Below, piece by piece: positions 59,835 through 64,000 of a DNA stretch of 64,000 nt; position 1 is the first letter of the stretch, and the number at the start of each line of letters is the position of its first letter. The position numbers and the translations under genes are program-made. Origin of the DNA: Pavona decussata (Eukaryota); NCBI GenBank assembly GCA_977016875.1, contig CDRNST010000066.1, positions 1,116,001-1,180,000 on the forward strand. Direction: 5' to 3'. Below the pieces are notes generated by a model, which was not told where the DNA came from, did not search any database, and saw only the letters and a list, made by a program, of their open reading frames with translations.

Positions 59835-60774
59835 GGACGATGAATTGGGACATTTATAAAGAAAAAGAACAAAATATTTAAGATAACATAAACATGCCGT
59901 TAAAATTTTTCAAAGTTTCTTTCCCAAGAATCGTTCTTTCTCAAGAAAAACATTAACCATCTACTAACAAGACAAATTGCAGGAAACCGTAGTACCACAA
60001 GTGAAGGAAGAACCAAACCTTGTCATATAAGTAGACGAAAAGCACTCATAAATTGTCGTGTTGTATGAGCCGAGAGAAGGTTAGCATCTCCCTCGATAAG
60101 GACGAGAAAAGTCTTCGGACTTTCAACCTACAACACATGGTTAAGGCTATGCCACTTACTTTGTGGCATCTAACCAATTTTTTAAGATCTCGAGGTCCTT
60201 AGCAGCGCTCAGTTCCGCTGTTTCTGGAATTCTCTTATTTGGCCATTATTTCCTCCTCTGCACGATGGACTCGAATTTAGAAAATGCGAAACAAACTTGG
60301 AAAGTTCACCGCATATATAATGACATATGGTTCGTTATCAATAAATTTACCAACTCAGCAATGACTCTCCCAAACAGAAAATAAATAGCAGAGGCAAATG
60401 TTTGGTATTTTCACCCATCCTATGGCACTGACAACAAGGAAATTACAGCCGAGTTACAAAAGATTAACAGCTACCTGTGCTACGTTTTGATTTTGTCGCG
60501 TAACGTCGACGTTTAAAAGTCCGACGTTAATTGAAATAGCTGTGCACATGGCGAGCAAAGCACCTCTGATTTATTTAGAAAACGTAGCAACAACTATTTC
60601 AGTTTCGTCCTGTTAGCAAGCGTAATGAGAAAACCTGAATTCTCATCGGTAGAACACTGACGAAGCAGTTTTTTGCTACAATATTTCAACTACAACAACA
60701 ACGCAAAAACGCGCTTTAGGAACCATCTGAACTATATAGTTCTAGCAATATTTCTTGATTGTTTTTTTTTTTTT

Positions 60775-60873
60775 TACAATTATTCCGCTCGCGCTTGATG
60801 GATATGAAATGATTATAGCCAGCGAGGCGCGTATATCATCTCATATCCAACGCACACTCGTAGAATAATTGTT
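60775..60873. repeat. ~100-bp palindromic repeat (ACAATTATTC...GAATAATTGT family; relatives at 4223-4972 and 42045-42292)
   Basis: ACAATTATTCCGCTCGCGCTTGATGGATATGAAATGAT ... ATCATCTCATATCCAACGCACACTCGTAGAATAATTGT. Confidence 0.7.
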
Positions 60874-60930
60874 ATGAAATAACCTGCAATACGTGTAAGG
60901 ATATTATACATTTTTTTCTCTAGAACTCAC

Positions 60931-61989
60931 CTATAACCATCCAAACGGCAAATCGTATCCACGTCATATAAGAAAGCTTCAGAATAAGGAAGACATTGAT
61001 AAATATGGAGAGCAGTGGTATGGCCGGTACACAAGGCGCTTTAAACGGCAGGGGCGTCTTGTTCTGGGGCTGACGTACAAGGAGCACTATACAGGCGATC
61101 AGGAGAACACCTAATACAACAGCCAGGCAGATGGCCCATGATCGAGCCTTCAAAAGGGCCTCACCTCCCCAGATTAGAAAGATACTTAAGAAGAAGAACA
61201 TTAACACGCTGCAGTAGATTCCAATGGCCGCACGACGCGCCGTTTGCAGAGTGGGGCCGTTATTGCCCTCGGTCAGTCGGGTGTCCTCTTCAGCTGTTTC
61301 TTCTTTGAGCAGGTTTTCCTGGCTGGTTGAAAATATACTTTCTCCTCCCTTAACAATGCCTACAGTGCCGGGCTGATAGCGGAGCAACAGCACACACAGG
61401 GCCACGATTGTGTAAGCTAGCAGAGTACCAATGGACATCATTTCTACTAGGGCTTCAAGGTCAAATATCAGGGCAAGAAACGCCGCAAGAGCGCCTGACA
61501 GGACAGTGGCAATAACTGGGATCTCTGTCTTAGGATGTACCTTAGCTAGAAACCTAAAAGGAGAGGGAATGAACGAGAAATTAAAACTGTTCGCTTTAAA
61601 GCGTTTTCCTTTTTATGATTGTCATGAGCAATTCACGTGTGCGTTGGTATTGCTTTTCTATGTTCTGTCACTGACTGAGATAAAAATGGTACATGAAACG
61701 GATTACATGCAGCAAATGACAAAAGCTCTAAGAAAACAATTAGTTTTCCCTTACTTGAAAATGAGGCCATCGCTCGCCATAGCGTACAGCATTCTGGGTA
61801 AAGGGAACAAGGCCCCTATTAGCGAGGCACTCAATCCACATAGGGCACCCACAGCGATGATGTATTTGGCCCACGCGGCTCCTCGCATCGCGAACACTTC
61901 TGGAAGTGCGCTTCTTTCAGCCAACTGGTTATAGGGCCACATGAGTGTTAACACGGCAGAGACACCAAAGTACGCTACGAAACAAATAC
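60931..61989 (-). CDS. Cationic amino acid transporter, SLC7A1-4/CAT family, body A, internal exons 61989-61755 and 61553-60931. 5' exons lie beyond the window; the terminal exon is probably 56133-56003
   Basis: TTTCGTAG|GT-ICFVAYFGVSAVLTLMWPY...LFPLPRMLYAMASDGLIF-K (AA|GTAAGG, phase 2), then CTTTTAG|G-FLAKVHPKTEIPV...EMMSIGTLLAY...TWIRFAVWMVI-G (G|GTGAGT, phase 1). No stops or frameshifts in either exon. Confidence 0.88.
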
Positions 61990-62469
61990 CTACGAAAGAA
62001 ACAACAAATAAAAAAACATAAGCGAGTTCACAATATAAAAAGGTTGTAACACGCACGTTTCAGGGTCAATCTTTCGGGAAATTAATATTTTTTTTGGCGA
62101 ATACAAAACCATGTCGCACGACAAATTAAAAACTCAATTCACGTTTCACGGATAATTATTATGAAAAACCACGGATGCTTGGCTCTTGTCACTTCGGAAG
62201 GGAAACAAAACAGTCATTACTTATTAAGCCAAAAAAATGGTAATTCGCAAGTTACGAAAATGCTCCTTACCACCAGTACAAAACCACTAAATTATACACC
62301 GTTCGCTACATAGCAGTTAGTGTGTGATATGTTTTTCTTAGCGTCGTGAGCTCAGTGTTAGAATTTAATTTTGCCATGTTAGAAAATTCTCACTTTCTGA
62401 TGAAGTCCTTTTGCCTTTTTTTAATTACCAATTTGAACTGGAACTGACGGCATGTGACGCTTTTTACGT

Positions 62470-62650
62470 CACCGTTTTCACCTGTCCACATTAGAAACGG
62501 TGCGTTTTCGAAAGTCTGCACTTTTGAAATCGTTTTCGAAAGTCTCCGTTTTTATCGGCGTTTTTGGGCATTTTAGTGTGGACGATAGGCGAAAACGCAT
62601 CAAAAAGTATGCGATTTCAAGCGAAACGCATTAGAGTGGATGAGGCCTTA
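62470..62650. mobile_element. Partial Harbinger-type MITE
   Basis: GTCCACATTAGAAACG / TTTTAGTGTGGAC / TTAGAGTGGATGAGGCCTTA terminal-type motifs and repeated CGTTTTCGAAAGTCT. Confidence 0.45.
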
Positions 62651-64000
62651 GAATGTCTCCAGTAAAACGCAGTTGGCAAACAGCCGCAGGAACATGGCGG
62701 TTTAATGACGGATGAAAGTCATGGAGTTTGAACGCAAAAAAGACCCACTTTCCGTCATCGCATGAGGATATACCTTAGAAATCATGTACTTTAGGACATT
62801 AACAACCAATCAAAGGAAAATAAAAGGTGACCGACAATTTGATCGTAGTAGCACTTTAAGTAAACAGGCTCTTTTTTATGAATAGACGGCCTAAACTAAA
62901 CGTTGCTAATTTGGACCACAAATTAAATCGAAGCGATTGCTTTTATTCGGTTTCTCTCAGTAAAAGAAAAATCCAAAACAAAAACCAAAATATGTTTCCG
63001 ACCCTGTGAGGAATTTTTCGGTGACGTGTTTGAAGACTTCTCGCCAAAATGTATGGCAAAACTTAGCTCATGACAGAAATTTTGTCTTTTTGCTTTGCGG
63101 AGTAGACGCATCTGGTCTTATCTGCCCATAAAAGCGCATGCGTTACCATTTCCGAGCACAGTTGGCTTTTTCAGTCGAGTGCGTCCATCATGGAAGATAG
63201 CTCAAGTAGAGATGACCCCTGAAGAAAACAATTTTCTTCCCAAACGACATCCTTTAACATGACGCACTACCCTTAACATATTTCTCCTCTACCCTCTCTC
63301 TCGCCACGACTTTGCCAACTTCCTTTTTTCTTTCTTTTAATTTTTAATTTTTTTTTCATCCGTATTTTTCCATCCGATTTTTGTCATCCGCCATCCGCAC
63401 GCATCCCGTCCTCCGGTTTTTTCAGACACTCCTGAGAAAGAACAAATCCAATGAACGAAGTACGAACGCCAGCATTGAAGAGTTCGATCACGTTCTCGCT
63501 CCAAATTCTAAAGACGAACTCGCAACCGGAGAAGTACTGATTTAACATCTGCACTGTTTGGAAACAAGTAAATTTTGTAAGCGCCCGATATCAGTTACAA
63601 TAAACCTCCAGATTATAAAATTGAAGAGCAAACACGGATAAAAAGTCAATCAATAGTCTGAAATGTCATCCAACTCCCACCCCCCCCCCCCCCAACCCAC
63701 AAGGGGCGTTAGGGGGAGGAGATGGCTGCCATTTCAGACTAAACAATCAAAAGAAACAAGAATTTAACGGCTGGTTTAACTGACTACGCTATCCGCAATA
63801 ATAATTTGTTATCTGACGTTCCTGACGCAGGTTTGGACGGTTTTACCGGTGGAAACAGGTGTTGAACTCTACAGCTGGTAAAAATCAATTCAACAGAGCA
63901 CGCAGTACACACGTTCTATAAAATGTTGTATAAATTTGCAAATGAAATCGGAGTGTTATCATTTACAACAAAGTTTGCTAAGCAACAACCAACCAGTGGT

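Noticed and set aside
60596-60634. Private terminal exon for CAT body A (GFLITLANRTKLK*)
   Set aside because: No polypyrimidine tract and no YxxYG/HS motif; similarity is limited to GFLI.
12336-61934. Antisense and alternate-frame ORFs overlapping real genes (e.g. 12336-12767, 12669-13061, 18250-19060, 28229-28774, 47549-48955, 57787-58098, 61431-61934)
   Set aside because: These are shadow ORFs expected from codon bias, with no recognisable domains or splice support.

Overview
AT-rich eukaryotic, intron-containing genomic DNA. The gene and repeat content looks like an anthozoan or stony-coral genome (Acropora-like); this is an inference and was not verified by search. Eight protein-coding units can be built by hand with canonical GT-AG junctions and consistent phases. 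(1) The 3' six exons of SEC62 (+, 440-7463). (2) An intronless PRRT3/PRRT4-like 7TM protein (+, 12244-13386). (3,4) Two tandem Ca2+-independent synaptotagmin-14/16-like tandem-C2 paralogues (+, 17834-19075 and 26720-29000). (5) An SLC7A14-like cationic amino acid transporter (+, 40167-43205). (6) A 3-exon, 583-aa uncharacterised gene (-, 52093-47542) with a textbook 1-5-8-14 calmodulin-binding motif. (7,8) Two more SLC7/CAT transporter bodies on the minus strand (58616-57011, and 61989-60931 extending beyond the window). The most striking observation is that only one CAT C-terminal exon (56133-56003) can be found for these two minus-strand bodies, although both end at the identical phase-1 donor. 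This suggests a variable-body/shared-tail gene, with one transporter nested in the last intron of the other. A second unexplained structure is a ~29-nt-period array of AGGAAG-loop-CTTCCT dyads with variable 7-8 nt spacers, closed by a 10-bp inverted repeat (20428-20747). Intergenic and intronic DNA is dense in Harbinger-derived elements (including a triple-nested insertion), TTAA MITEs, tRNA-derived SINEs, LINE 3' ends, hairpin-ended elements and a ~105-bp minisatellite.
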